Made by a program: the position numbers and the translations under genes. DNA of 63,082 bases, counting the filler, from Chiloscyllium plagiosum (Eukaryota): assembly GCF_004010195.1 (NCBI RefSeq). It is 7 parts of one record of this genome, joined end to end, with 100 filler letters (N's around TTAATTAATTAA, not from the genome) between each part and the next. Parts side by side here need not be neighbours in the genome. Positions count along the whole stretch, not along the records: positions 11,179 to 30,393 come from NC_057714.1; positions 30,494 to 44,281 come from NC_057714.1; 5 more parts are not named here. One strand, written 5' to 3'. Below are positions 25,537-39,600 of the stretch, in pieces (position 1 is the first letter of the stretch; every line of letters begins with the position of its first letter). The notes beneath the pieces were generated by a model, which had not been told where the DNA came from, did not search any database, and saw only the letters and a program-made list of their open reading frames with translations.

Positions 25537-26029
25537 ATTATTGTCAAAGTGGATCAAGCACAAATACAGATGATATACCTGTTATATAAATCTCACTTCT
25601 TGATGCATGAACTATTGTGATAAATTTATATGAATTAATATCCTTTTTGGAATTGGATTACATAACAATGGATGTAGGTTACTTCTACAGTGTTTTCTTC
25701 TTTTGAAATAAGTAAGTCAAATTCCTTCCAGAACCACATTTGGTAATTCATTTAGTTTTCAGTTCAGGAGCATTTAAGATTGAGCAAGCTTTTTAAATTC
25801 AGTTTCGAAGAAACACAAGTTAAGTTTAGAACCAAGTGTACTGACTCTCCCAGGAGGACTTCAGGGCAGTTTGTGGAGAGTTTTGTTTGCAATCTGCATC
25901 TTATTGGAACAGAAAGATATAAACTCTCATATGTGAAAGATTCATATTGTCAGACTTGGAAAGGTCTTATCAAAGTGTCTCTGCACTCTATGGCAAAGAA
26001 AGTGTAAGGAATCAGTAAAGTTGAAGTAG

Positions 26030-28200
26030 AACACGAGAAGAGAAGGAGGGATAGGCAATTCAGCCCCAAAAGTGGGCTCTGCCATTTGATATAATCACAG
26101 CTGATTTCATCTTGGTCTCAAGCCTGTTTTCCTCTTCGCTCTCCATAACCCTTCAACCCAGTATTAATTAAAAAGCTGTCTCCTCCTTAAATTTATTCAA
26201 TGTCCCAGCATCCACTAAACCCTGGAATAGTGAATTCCACAGATTCATGACCCTTTGAGAGGTGTAATTTCTCCACATTTGTTTTAAATCTGCTACTCCT
26301 TATCCTAAAACTATGACCTCACATTATAAATTGCCCACAAGAGGACACATACTCTCTTAGTTTGCTTTGTCAAACTGCTTTAGTACCTTATATACCTCAA
26401 TTAGATCTCCTCTCATACTCCTAAATTGTAGACAGTGCAGGCCTAAACTACTCAATCTCTCTACACAAGATGAGGCCCTCATCTCTGGAATCAATCTAGT
26501 GACCTCCTCTGAACTGCCTCCAATACAACTACATCCCTCCCCAAGTAAGGGGATCAATTTTTACAACAATCCCAGTGTGGTCTAATGAATGCCTTGTATA
26601 GTTGCAGCAATGTTGCCCTGCTTTAGCAATAAATGCCAATATTCTATTTGGCTTTCTTATTACCTACTGCATCTTCAAACTGAATTGAATTGAATTTATT
26701 GTCACATATACCGAGGCACAGTGAAAAGTCTGCGAGCAATACAAGCAGATCGCATAGTTAAGTAGCATAGATAGAAAATAATTAGGTAAATAGCAGCAAA
26801 AACAAAAACCCAGGCGAACGTTAAGAGTTTGTGAGTCCGTTCAGTATTCTAATAACAGCAGGGTAGAAACTGTTGCGAAACTGGCTGGTGTGCGTGTGTT
26901 CAGACTTCTGTACCTTCTTCCCGATGGTAGAGGTTGTTGAAAAGCATTGCCAGGGTGGGATGGATCTTTAAGAATGCTGGTGGCCTTTCCTTGAAAGCGG
27001 GTCTGGTAGATGAATTCTATAGATGGGATGTTGGCCTTTGTGATTGTCCAGGCCGAGTTCACCACTCTCTGTAACTGTCTCCGATCTTGAATGGTACAGT
27101 TGCCATACAGGTAGTGATACATCCAGACAGAATGCTTGTGATGACACACCTATAAAAGTTGGCAAGGGCATTCGTTGTCAAACCAAACTTCCTCAGCTGT
27201 TTGAGGAAGAGGAGACATTGTTGGGCCTTTGGAACCAGTGTGTCCACATGAAGAGTCCAAGAAAGCTTCTTGTGGATGACCACTCCCAGGAGCTTGACAC
27301 TCTCCACTTGTTCCACCTCTGTGCTGTTAATGTGTAGGGGGCGCATGAGTAACATCCCGCCGGAAGTCAATAATGACTTCCTTGGTTTTGCTGGCATTGA
27401 GAGCTAGGTTGTTCTCAGTGCACCATTTTACCAGATCTTCCATCTCCCGTCTGTCGTCTGTTTCGTCGCCATCTGAGATTCGACCAAGTATGGTATGTCA
27501 TCAGTAAACTTGTAAATGGCATTAGTCTGGTATTTGATACAATGCAGTGAGTACAGTAGGGGACTGAATGTACATCCCCGGGAAGCTCCAGAGTTGAGTG
27601 TTAGTGACAATGTTGTCGCCAATCTTCAAAGATTGAGATCTGTGGGTCAGGAAACTGAGGATCCAGTTGCAGAGATGGGACTTAGTCCGAGCTCACTAAG
27701 TTTAGTAATCAGTCTTGAGGGGATAATAGTGTTGAAGGCTGAACTGTAGTCAATGAGTAGGATTCTTACATAGCTGTTCTTCATATTAGTTTTCTACAAT
27801 TCATGCACAAGATCCCTCTGCATCTTCGCACTCTGGAGTCTCTCTCTCCACTTATATACGTTGCCTTGCCATTCTTCTGACCAAAATAGATAACCTCACA
27901 AATATCCATGTTAAGCCATATCTGCCAAATATTTGCCCATTAACTTAAGCTATCCATTTTGATTTGTTAATGTTTTATTTCTTCATTGCAACTTACTTCT
28001 CCACCTATTTTAATGTCACCTCCAAATTTAGCTATGGGATCTACTATTCCCACATCCAAGTCATTAATAAAAATTATAAATAATTGGGGCAAAAGGATCA
28101 AATCCTGTAGCATCCCACTATTTACATTTTGCCAACTCGAAAAATGATCTATTTATCTCAAATCTCTACTTTCTGTTGGTTATAGAAGCTTATGCTATCT
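26030..28200 (-). mobile_element. CR1 fragment split by a Rex/Babar insertion
   Basis: RGDLIEVYKVLK motif at 26357-26557(-); CR1 sequence resumes after about 27782. Confidence 0.75.
26681..27781 (-). mobile_element. Rex1/Babar LINE, 5'-truncated, with intact 3' tail
   Basis: GASRGCTFSPLLYSL, YKFTDD and PLHINSTEVEQVESVKLLGV..LSWTLH..KAQQCLLFLKQLRKFG; tail cttttcactgtgcctcggtatatgtgacaataaa(ttcaa)n. Confidence 0.88.
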
Positions 28201-29114
28201 GTTTTTATTTTTTTGTGCTGGTTTCTTTCAAAATTTACTATTGTTCTTTTTATCACTTTTGTTAGTGACCTTTGTTACTTTTTAAAAGCTTCCCAATCTT
28301 CCAGCCTGCAATATGGCATGCCATAGTTTTATTCTATTATCTTTAACTACCTCTTCCACATGGAATGTAATTTCCTCTGACTTTCGTGTCTGTAAAGAAA
28401 AACTTGTCCAAAAGCTTGTTGAAACTTTGGTTTGTTGTATGCTTTGATGTCTTTCTGTTTGTCTTCTAGATTTAGATAGTTTTCTTTGTTGTTTCTTTCA
28501 GTGTTATTGATGGTTATTCTGATATTAAAGAAAACCTGCAGCCTTGTGTGGAAGTATTGAGTGACTAGCCGCTATCACTAAACAAAGAGAAAATAAATTC
28601 ATCAAGCAGGTTTCACTTTGGGACCAAACGTGTCCTGTAGTACCATTAGGTAGGATTGGAACATCACAATACTCCAATTCATAATACAGTACTCAGGAAA
28701 AAAAACTCTACAGGCTGCATCCTTTACTAAGTATTTGGATGCAACTACTGAAAACCAGTGGAACTTCAAGATCAGCAAAGGATCCCCACTTTCTATATCA
28801 AAATTTGGCAGCCACAACACTGGGGATACATTTCTGAAAAAGTATATTTTCAAAATACCATTTGTAAGGGAACAGAACAATGCAATGTATTGGTTGCGAT
28901 ACACTGAGTAAAGATACAGGAACTGCAGGCATTAGATGTTCTTGTCCTTCGGCCTACTTCCTCCTACAGTGCTAAAGGTGGACTGTAGGACGACCTAGTA
29001 TTTGGACAAAACCCAGCATGTCCTTTGGAAGCTTAAGTTGCAGTCCTTCCCGAAGAGAACTGGCAGAGTTCTGGATTTACATTCCTACAATTATGTGTAC
29101 TGCAACTCTCATTT

Positions 29115-29731
29115 CTAAAATAGAACAGTAATTTACTGTCACTTGTATTTTACAAATATTATAGTGAAAAGTGTTTAAATCACCATACTCCAACACCTAT
29201 ATTAATAACAGAAATCAAGTATTAAAAAATTAAGACAAAGTCCATCTTTGTACAATTCACAGCTCATGGGTTCCCAAGGTTGAGGAAAAAACAGGAACCA
29301 CATTTTCCACCACGGCAGAAAGTCAACATTAAAGCCATTGGAATCCCAGGTTGGACCATCATGCTGTTGCAGACACTGCAGAAGCTGCCTCCAAGACCCA
29401 CCTCATCGCTGAAGCAGACCAATGGTTGCAATCCCAAGCTGGAAATAGCCACAGAGGACACCCCAAGGAATCCCAAGCCACTGGATTCTCACTGAAGATG
29501 TTGAAGCAGACCACCACTCTGGAGGCCCCACAAGAACATGGCCGCAACGGCCACGAGCAATGGACCACACTGCCTTCACCGTAGCAAGTCTCCTGAAACA
29601 TCCTTTCTCCATCAAAGCCATTAAAAAGAAAGATGAATTTTGATGTTAAGCATCAGTAAATGAATAATGATGCTGCAGAACTGGTGATCAGAAGCCCAAA
29701 CACTTCCTACCTACCCTGTGGCTGCCATTTT
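29115..29731 (-). mobile_element. Putative non-autonomous retroelement (~0.6 kb) with a Rex/Babar-like 3' tail
   Basis: Minus strand begins aaaatggcagcc and ends cttttcact...gtgacagtaaa; no coding motif recognised. Confidence 0.5.
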
Positions 29732-30393
29732 AGACCATAAGACATAGGAGCGGAAGTAAGGCCATTCGGCCCATCGAGTGCACTCCGCCATTCAATCATG
29801 GCTGATGGGCATTTCAACTCCACTTACCTGCATTCTCCCCGTAGCCCTTAATTCCTTGTGACATCAAGAATTTATCAATTTCTGCCTTGAAGACATTTAG
29901 CGTCCCAGCCTCCACTGCACTCTGTGGCAATGAAGAAATGTCTCCGCATTTCTGTTCTGAATTTACCCCCTCTAATTCTAAGGCTGTGCCCACGGGTTCT
30001 AGTCTCCTCGCCTAACGGAAACAATTTCCTAGTATACACCCTCTCCAAGTCATGTATTATCTTGTAAGTTTTTTTTAGATCTCCCCTTAATCTTCTAAAC
30101 TCCAATGAATACAATCCCAGGATCCTCAGCTGTTCCTCATATGTTAGACCTACCATTCCAGGGATCATCCGTGTGAATCTCCGCAGGACACGCTCCAGTG
30201 CCAGTATGTCCTTCCTGAGGTGTGGGGACCAAAACTGGACACAGTACTCCAAATGGGGCCTAACCAGAGCTTTATAAAGTCTTAGTAGTACATCTCTGCT
30301 TTTATATTCCAACCCTCTTGAGATAAGAGACAACATTACATTCGCTTTCTTAATCACGGACTCAACCTGCATGCTTACCTTTAGAGAATCCTC
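29732..30393 (-). mobile_element. Young CR1 3' fragment, cut by an assembly gap
   Basis: 165-aa ORF with LYKALVRPHLEYCVQFWSPHLRKDILALERV and a (tcttatg)-type 3' tail. Confidence 0.92.
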
Positions 30394-30493
30394 NNNNNNN
30401 NNNNNNNNNNNNNNNNNNNNNNNNNNNNNNNNNNNNNTTAATTAATTAANNNNNNNNNNNNNNNNNNNNNNNNNNNNNNNNNNNNNNNNNNNN

Positions 30494-31965
30494 TTTGCCG
30501 ATGCTGCCTGTGATCATCGGGAGCTGGTTTGCCGATGCTGCCTGTGATCATCGGGAGCTGGTTTGCCGATGCTGCCTGTGATCATCGGGAGCTGGTTTGC
30601 CGATGCTGCCTGTGATCATCGGGAGCTGGTTTGCCGATGCTGCCTGTGATCACCGGGAGCTGGTTTGCCGATGCTGCCTGTGATCACCGTGAGCTGGTTT
30701 GCCGATGCTGCCTGTGATCACCGGGAGCTGGTTTGCCGGTGCTGCCTCTGATCCCCGGGAGCTGGTTTGCCGATGCTGCCTGTGATCACCGTGAGCTGGT
30801 TTGCCGATGCTGCCTGTGATCACCGGGAGCTGGTTTGCCGGTGCTGCCTCTGATCACCGGGAGCTGGTTTGCCGATGCTGCCTGTGATCCCCGGGAGCTG
30901 GTTTGCTGATGCTGCCTGTGATCACTGGGAGCTTGTTTGCCGATGCTGCCTGTGATCACCGGGAGCTGGTTTGCCGATACTGCCTGTGATCACCGGGTGC
31001 TGGTTTGCCTATGGTGCCTCTTATCACCGGGAGCTGGTTTGCCGATGGTGCCTCTGATCACCGGGAGCTGGTTTGCCGATGGTGCCACTGATCACTGGGT
31101 GTTCTTTTGCCGATGCTGCCTGTGATCACCGGGAGCTGGTTTGCCGGTGCTGCCTGTGATCCCTGGGAGCTGATTTGCCGATGCTGCCTGTGATCACCGG
31201 GAGCTGGTTTGCCGATGCTACCTGTGATCACCGGGAGCTGGTTTGCCGATGCTGCTTGTGATCACCGTGAGCTGGTTTGCCGATGCTGCCTGTGATCACC
31301 GGGAGCTGGTTTGCCGCTGCTGCCTGTGATCACTGGGAGCTGGTGTGCCGCTGCTGCCTGTGATCACCGGGAGCTGGTTTGCCGGTGCTGCCTGTGATCA
31401 CCGGGAGCTGGTTTGCCGATGGTGCCACTGATCGCCAGGAGCTGGTTTGCCGATGGTGCCTGTGATCACCAGGAGCTGGTTTGCCGATGCTGCCTGTGAT
31501 CACCGGGAGCTGCTTTGCCGCTGCTGCCTGTGATCACCGGGAGCTGGTTTGCCGCTGCTGCCTGTGATCATCGGGAGCTGGTTTGCCGATGCTGCCTGTG
31601 ATCCCGGGATCTGGTTTGCCGATGCTGCCTGTGATCACCGTGAGCTGGTTTGCCGATGCTGCCTGTGATCACCGGGAGCCTGTGATCATCGGGAGCTGGT
31701 TTGCCGATGCTGCCTGTGATCATCGGGAGCTGGTTTGCCGGTGCTGCCTGTGATCCCTGGGAGCTGATTTGCCGATGCTGCCTGTGATCATCGGGAGCTG
31801 GTTTGCCGATGCTGCCTGTGATCACCGGGAGCTGGTTTGCCGATGCTGCCTGTGATCACCGGGAGCTGGTTTGCCTATGGTGCCTCTTATCACCGGGAGC
31901 TGGTTTGCCGATGTTGCCTCTGATCACCGGAAGCTGGTTTGCCGGTGCTGCCTGTGATCACCGGG
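30494..31965. repeat. 34-bp minisatellite, about 43 visible copies (TTTGCCGATGCTGCCTGTGATCACCGGGAGCTGG)
   Basis: Period 34 measured directly (30494, 30528, ...); the left end runs into a gap. Confidence 0.95.
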
Positions 31966-32185
31966 AGAAGTCACAAACTTGCTGCTGTCACCTCCAATCG
32001 CCGGGAGACTGTTCCCATTCCATGAATGGCCCGGTCTCACTGCCATGCTAATGCCCGTGACCCAATCACAAAAGTCTTTGAAGAAACCAAGAAAAATAGC
32101 AAAAAGCAAAAGTAAAAAGAATACAAAATAAAGGAAAGCAGATGGGAGTGGCCGAGCCAAACGCAGGCCTACCATTCCTCCATTG
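31966..32185 (-). mobile_element. Putative 5' end of the element hosting the 34-bp array
   Basis: Minus strand caatggaggaatgg... followed by a pyrimidine-rich tract that merges into the repeat units; abrupt junction with CR1 at 32186. Confidence 0.35.
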
Positions 32186-33345
32186 ATATACCAGCATGGA
32201 TAGAGGATTGGCTCACTGATAGGAGGCAGGGTGCTGGGGGGGGCAGTGTCAGGATGGTAACCTGTAACTAGTGGAGTGCCACACGGACCACAACTATTTG
32301 AAATATGTTAATGATTTGGATGAGGGAAATGAATGCCCTATAGCAAAATTTACTGAGAGCACAAAAAATAGTTGTGATGAGGAGGTGCCGGTGTTGGAGT
32401 GGGGTGGGCAAGTTAAAAATCACACAACACCAGGCTATAGTCCAACAGGTCTATTTGGAAGCACCAGCTTTCGGGCGCTGCTCCTTCATCAGGTGGTTGT
32501 TGGTAAATAGCGAGTTGGTAGGTAAATAAATAGGTGGGAAGACAAGTGGTGAGTATGACACAAAGCGTTTGTTAACAGACATCGATAACTTAGTGGGGGT
32601 AAACCTGGCAGGTGGACTGTAATGTGGGGAAGTATGAAGTCTGCCTTTAGGCAGGAGGAATAGAGGAGCTGAATATTATTTAACTGGATGAAGACTGCAG
32701 AAAGCTACACAACAGAGGGATTTGGGAATCCTTGTTAATGAATCACAAAAAGCTGGTATCCAAGTTCACTGGGTATAAAAGAAGGCAAAAGGAATGCTGG
32801 CCTATATTTCAAGAGGAGTGGAGTATAAAAATAGAGAGTTTTTAAATAAATTGTACAAGGTACTATTCAGACAGCAGCTGGAATACTGGGAACAGTTTGG
32901 GCCCTTTCTACAAGGAAAGATATATTGGCAATGGAGACAGTCCATAGAAGGTTCACTCGCCTGGTACCAGGTATTGAGGGACTGTCTTATAAGGAGAGTT
33001 GAGTAGGTTGAGTCTGTGCTTGTTTGAAAGTAGAAGAATTAGAGGTGACCTGATTGAAATAAGGGGAGTTGAGAGGGTAGATGTGGAGTGGGTATTTTCA
33101 CCGAGCAGAGAGTCCAGGACTGGAACGCATATTCTCAGAAGAAGAATTTGTAAATAAGACAGAGATGAGGATGAATTGTTTCCTCGAGGGTAGTGAATCT
33201 ATGGAATTCCTTACCACAGAGGGCTGAGATTGAAAGGTGAGTAATCATGACGGGAATCATGGGCTACAGGGAAAAGGCAAGAAAGTGCAGCTGAGGATTA
33301 TTAAATCAGCAATGACCTCACTCAATGGGCTGAATGGCCTACTTC
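32186..33345 (+). mobile_element. CR1 RT to 3' end fragment
   Basis: YVNDLDEG..IAKF and ISRGVEYK..LYKVLFRQQLEY; ends with gggctgaatggcctactt. Confidence 0.85.
32383..32505 (-). mobile_element. Penelope-derived pLTR fragment with a degenerate hammerhead, inserted in CR1
   Basis: Minus strand cac CTGATGA a ggagcagcgccc GAAA gctg gtg at 32462-32495. Confidence 0.65.
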
Positions 33346-33610
33346 TTAGACTAGAATAGCCTTTATTGTCATGTGCACGCGAATGAGCGCAGTGAAAGGT
33401 TTGTAATGATGCCCCTTAGCACTACCTTAGGTACAGGGTACCTGGGTACACATACTTTCAATGTGACGGAATTGAAATAGTAAAAAAAAATGATTAGGAT
33501 GGGAATACAGAGTTTAAGAATCCAAAATGGGAATAAATCTTGTTTATAAAGAACTAAAGTTCTAGATCTTTCCCAATATGGGGCTGTCTCCACGTGCTGG
33601 CCTCCATCCA
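33346..33610 (-). mobile_element. 3' portion of a non-autonomous retroelement with a Rex/Babar-like tail, contiguous with the 37-bp array
   Basis: Minus strand ends cctttcactgcgctcattcgcgtgcacatgacaataaaggctattctagtctaa. Confidence 0.6.
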
Positions 33611-36600
33611 GGACTCACTGTGCTCCCTGCTCCAGGACTCGGTCTGCTCCTGGCTCTGGGACTCACTCTGCTTCCCGCGCCAGGATTCAGCCTGCACTCG
33701 GTCAGCTTCGTGCTCCGGGACTCGCTCTGATCCCTGCTCTGGCACTCAGCCTGCACGCTCACTCTGCGCCCCACTCCAGAACTCAGCCCACATGCTCACT
33801 CTGCTCCCCACTCCAGAACTCAGCCCACATGCTCACTCTGCTCCCCACTCCAGAACTCACCCACATGCTCACTCTGCTCCCCACTCCAGGACTCACCCAC
33901 ATGTTCACTCTGCTCCCCACTCCAGGACTCGGCCCACACTCTTACTCTGCTCCCCGCAGGACTCAGCCCACATGCTCACTCTGCTCCCCACTCCAGGACT
34001 CTGTCCACATACTTACTCTGCTCTCCACACCAGGACTTGGCCCACACGCTCACCTTGCTCCCTGCACCAGGACTCGGCCCACATGCTCACTCTGCAACCA
34101 CTCCAGAACTCAGCACACACACTCACTCTGCTCCCCGCTCTTGGAATCGGCCCACTCCAGGATTCGGCCCACACGCTCTCTCTGCTCCCCACTCCAGGAC
34201 ACAGCCCACAAGCTCACTCCGCACCCCACTCCGGTACTCGGCACACATGCTCACTCTACTCCCTACTCTGGGACTCGGCCCACATTCTCACTCTGCTCCC
34301 TACTGCAGGACTAGGCCCACACGCAGACTCTGCTCACCGCTCCAGGACCCGGCCCAAATGCTCACACTGCTCCCATGTCCAGGACTCGGCCCACATGCTC
34401 ACTCTGCTCCCCGCTCCAGGACTCGGCCTGCACGCTCACTCTGCTCCCCACTCTGGGCTTCAGCCCATATGCTCACTCTGCTCCCCTCTCCAGGACATGG
34501 ACCGCACGCTCACTCTGCTCCTCACACCAGGACTCGGCCCACTCGCTCACTCTGTTCCCTGCTCCGGGACTCGGCCCACATGCTCACTCTGCTCCCCATT
34601 CCAGGACTTAGCCTGCACGCTCACTCTGCTCCCCGCTCCGGGACTCGGCCCACATGCTCGCTCTGCTCTCCACTCCGGAACTCGGCCCACATGCTCACTC
34701 TGCTCCTCATACCAGGACTCGGCCCACATGCTCACTCTGGTCCCCACTCCAGGACTCAGCCCACACGCTCATGCTGCTCCCTGCTCCAGGACTCAGCCCA
34801 CATGCTCACTCTACTCCCCACTCCAGGAATCGGACCACATGCTCAGTCTGCTCCCCGCTCCAGCCCTCGGCCCACATGCTCACTCTGCTCCCAACTCCAG
34901 GACTCAGCCCACATACTCACTCTGCTCCCCACTCCAGGACTCGACCCATATGCTCACTCTGCTTCCTGCTCCAGGACTCGGCCCATATACTCACTCTGCT
35001 CCCCGCTCCAGGACTCGGCCCACACGCTCACTTTGCTCACCACTCCAGGACTCGGCCCACATGCTCACTCTACTCCCCTCTCCAGGAATCGGCCCACATG
35101 CTCACTTTGCTCCCCGCTCCAGGACTCGGCCCACATGCTCACTCTGCTCCCTGCTCCAGGACTCGGCCCATATGCTCACTCTGCTCCCCGCTCCAGGACT
35201 CAGCCCACACACTCACTCTGCTCACCACTCCAGGACTCGGCCCACATGCTCACTCTGCTCCCTGCTCCAGTACTCAGCCCACATGCTTACTCTGCTCCCC
35301 ACTCCTGGACTCAGCCCATATGCTCACTCTGCTCCCCACTCCGGTACTCGGCCCACATGCTCACTCTGCTCCCTGCTCCAAGACTCGGCCCACATGCTCA
35401 CTCTGCTCCCTGCTCCAAGACCCGGCCCACATGCTCACTCTGCTCCCCATTCCGGGCCTCGGCCCACACACTCAGTCTGCTCCCCAATCCAGGACTCGGC
35501 CCACACGCTCACTCTGCTCCCCGCTCCAGGACTCGGCCCACATGCTCACTCTGCTCCCCACTCCAGGACTCAGCCGACGCAAACACTCTGATCCCCACTC
35601 CAGAACTCAGCCCACACACTCACGCAGCTTCCCACTCCAGGACTCTGCCCACATTCTCACTCAGCTCCCCACTGCAGGACTCGGCCCACACGCTCACCCT
35701 GCTCTGTGCTCCAGGACTCGGTCCACATGGCTCTCTCTGCTCCCCACCCCAGGATCGGGCCACACACTCACTCTGTTTCCAGCTCCACGACTCGGCCCAG
35801 ACGCTCACTCTGCTCCCTACACCGCGACTCGGCCCACACGATCACTCTGCTCCCGATTCCAGGACTCGGCCCACATGCTCACTCTGCTCCCCACTCCAGG
35901 ACTCAGCCCACATGCTCACTCTGCTCCCCACTCCAGGACTCAGCCNNNNNNNNNNNNNNNNNNNNNNNNNNNNNNNNNNNNNNNNNNNNNNNNNNNNNNN
36001 NNNNNNNNNNNNNNNNNNNNNNCCACACGCTCACCCTGCTCCCCACTCCATAACTCAGCCCGGACACTCACTCTACTGCCCGGTCCAGGATTCGGCCCAC
36101 ATGCTCACTCTGCTCCCCACTCCAGGATTCGGCCCACACGCTCTCTCTGCTCCCCACTCCAGGACACAGCCCACAAGCTCACTCCGCACCCCACTCCGGT
36201 ACTCGGCACACATGCTCACTCTACTCCCTACTCTGGGACCCGGCCCACATGCACAATCTGCTCCCCACTCCAGGACTCGGTCGACACGCTCACTCTGCTC
36301 CCTACTCCAGGACTCGGCCCGCACGCTCACTCTGCTCCCCGCTCCAGGACTCGGCCCGCAGGCTCACTCTGCTCCCCTCTCCAGGACACGGCCCACACGC
36401 TCACTCTGCTCCCTACTCCAGGACTCGACCCGCACGCTCACTCTGCTCCCCGCTCCAGGACTCGGCCCGCAGGCTCACTCTGCTCCCCTCTCCAGGACAC
36501 GGCCCACACAATCACTCTGCTCCCCACTCCAGGACTCGGCGCACATACTCAAACAGATCCCCACTCCAGGACTTGGCCCACATGCTCACTCTGCTCCCCG

Positions 36601-39600
36601 CTCCGGGACTCGGCCCATATGCTTGCTCTGCTCTCCACCCCGGGACCCGGCCCACATGTTCACTCTGGTCCCCACTCCAGGACTCAGCCCACATGCTCAC
36701 CCTGCTCCCCACTCCAGGACTCGGTCCACATGCTCACTCTGCTCCCCACTCCAGGAATCGGACCACATGCTCACTCTGCTTCCAGCTCCAGGACTCAGCC
36801 GACATGTTCACTCTGCTCCCCGCTCCAGGACTCGGCCCAGACACTCACTCTGGTCCCCACTCCAGGACTCGGCCCACACGCTCACCCTGCTCCCCGCTCC
36901 AGAACTTGGCCCACATGCTCACTCTGCTCCCCACTCCAGAAATTGGCCCACACACTCACTCTGCTCCCCACTCCAGGACTCGGCCCACACACTCACACTG
37001 TTCCCCACTCCGGGACTCAGCCCACATGCTCGCTCTGACCCCACTCCTGGACTCGGCCCACCCACTCACACTGTTCCCCACTCCAGGACTCGGCCAATAT
37101 GCTCGCTCTGCTCCCCACTCCAGGACTCGGCCCACATGCTCACTCTGCTCCCTACTCCAGGACTCGGCCCACAGACTCACTGTGCTGCCCGATCCAGGAC
37201 TCGGCCCAAATGCTCACTCTGCTCCCCACTCCAGAACTCGGCCTAGCCCGCGCACTCCGCTCCAGTACTCAGCCCACATGCTCACTCTGCTCCCTGCTCC
37301 AGGACTCAGTCCACATGCTTACTCTGCTCCTACTCCAGGACTCGGCCCACATGCTCACTCCGGACGCCTCTCCGGGACTCTGACCACACACTCACACTGT
37401 TCCCCACTCCAGGACTCGGACCACGCACTCACTCTGATCAACGCTCCAGGAATCGGCCCACATGCTCACTTTGCTGCCCGCTCCAGGACTCGGCCTAGCT
37501 CGCGCACTCTGCTCCAGGACTCAGCCCACATGCTCACTCTGCTCCCTGCTCCAGGACTCAGCCCACATGCTTACTCTGCTCCCCACTCCGGGACTCAGCC
37601 CACATGCTTGCTCTGACCCCACTCCAGGACTCGGCCCACCCACTCACACTGTTCCCACTCCAGGACTTGGCCCACATGCTCACTCTGCTCCCCACTCCAG
37701 GACTCGGCCCACAAGCTCACTCTGCTCCCTACTCCAGTACTCAGCCCACACGCTCACTCAGTTCCCCACTCCAGGACTCGACCCACAAGCTCACTCTGCT
37801 CCCCACTCGACTCGGCCCACACGGTACCGCTCCACACTCCGGTTCTCAGCGCACACGCTCACTCTGCTCCCCACCCCAGGACCCATCCGACACACTCACT
37901 CTGCTCCCCACTCCAGGACCCGTCCGACACACTCACTCTGCTCCCCACTCCAGAACTCGGCCTAGCCCACGCACTCTGCTCCAGGACTCAGCCCACATGC
38001 TCACTCTGCTCCCTGCTCCAGGACTCAGCCCACATGTTTACTCTGCTCCCCACTCCAGGACTCGGCCCACAAGCTCACTCTGCTCCCTACTCCAGAACTC
38101 AGCCCACACGCTCACTCAGTTCCCCACTCCAGGACTCGACCCACAAGCTCACTCTGCTCCCCACTCCAGGACTCGGCACACACGGTACACTGCTCCATAC
38201 TCCGGGTATCAGCGCACACGCTCACTCTGCTCCCCACTCCAGGACCCGTCTGACACACTCACTCTGCTCTCCACTCCAGAACTCGGCCTAGCCCACGCAC
38301 TCTGCTCCAGGACTCAGCCCACATGCTCACTCTGCTCCCTGTTCCAGGACTCAGCCCACATGCTTACTCTGCTCCCCACTCCAGGACACGGCCCACATGC
38401 TCACTCCGGACGCCTCTCCAGGAGTCGGCCCACACGCTCAATCTGCACTACCTGCGAGGACTCAGCCCACATGCACTCTCTGCTCCCCTCTCCAGGACTC
38501 AGCCCATATGCTCACTCGGTTCCTTAATCCAGGACTCAGCCCGCACGCTCACTCTGCTCCCTACTCCAGGACTCGGCCCACAGACTCACTGTGCTGCCCG
38601 ATCCAGGACTCGGCCCAAATGCTCACTCTGCTCCCCACTCCAGAACTCGGCCTAGCCCGCGCACTCTGCTCCAGGACTCGGCCCACATGCTCACTCCGGA
38701 CGCCTCTCCGGGAATCGGACCACACACTCACTCTGATCCCCTATCCGGGACTCGGACCACACACTCACTCTGATCCCCGCTCCAGGAATCAGCCCACATG
38801 CTCACTTTGCTGCCCGCTCCAGGACTCGGCCTAGCCCGCGCACTCTGCTCCAGGACTCAGCCCACATGCTCACTCTGCTCCCTGCTCCAGGACTCGGCCC
38901 ATATGCTTACTCTGCTCCCCGCTCCAGGACTCAGCCCACACACTCACTCTGCTCACCACACCAGGACTCGGCCCACATGCTCACTCTGCTCCCTGCTCCA
39001 GGACTCAGCCCACGTGCTTAGTCTGCTCCCCACTCCAGGACTCAGCCCATATGCTCACTCTGCTCCCTGCTCCAAGACCCGGCCCACATGCTCACTCTGC
39101 TCCCCACTCCGGGATTCGGCCCGCACGCTCACTCTGCTCCCCGCTCCAGGACTCGGCCCACATGCTCACTCTGCTCCCCACTCCAGGACTCAGCCGACGC
39201 AAACACTCTGATCCCCACTCCAGAACTCAGCCCATACACTCACTCAGCTTCCCACTCCAGGACTCTTCCCACATGCTAACTCAGCTCCCCACTGCAGGAC
39301 TCGGCCCACACGCTCACCCTGCTCCCTGCTCCAGGACTCGGTCCACATGCTCACTCTGCTCCCCACCCCAGGATCGGGCCACACACTCACTCTGTTTCCA
39401 GCTCCACGACTCGGCACAGACGCTTGCTCTGCTCCCTACTCCGCGACTCGGCCCACATGCTCACTCTGCTCCCGATTCCAGGACTCGGCCCACATGCTCA
39501 CTCAGCTCCCCACTCCAGGAATCGGTCCACAGGCTCACTCTGCTCCCAGCTCCAGGACTCAGCCCACACCCTCACTCTGCTCCCCACTCCAGTATTCAGC

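Noticed and set aside
28560..29100. 100-aa minus-strand ORF and surrounding GC-moderate sequence
   Set aside because: No recognisable domain or splice structure; probably an unidentified old repeat.
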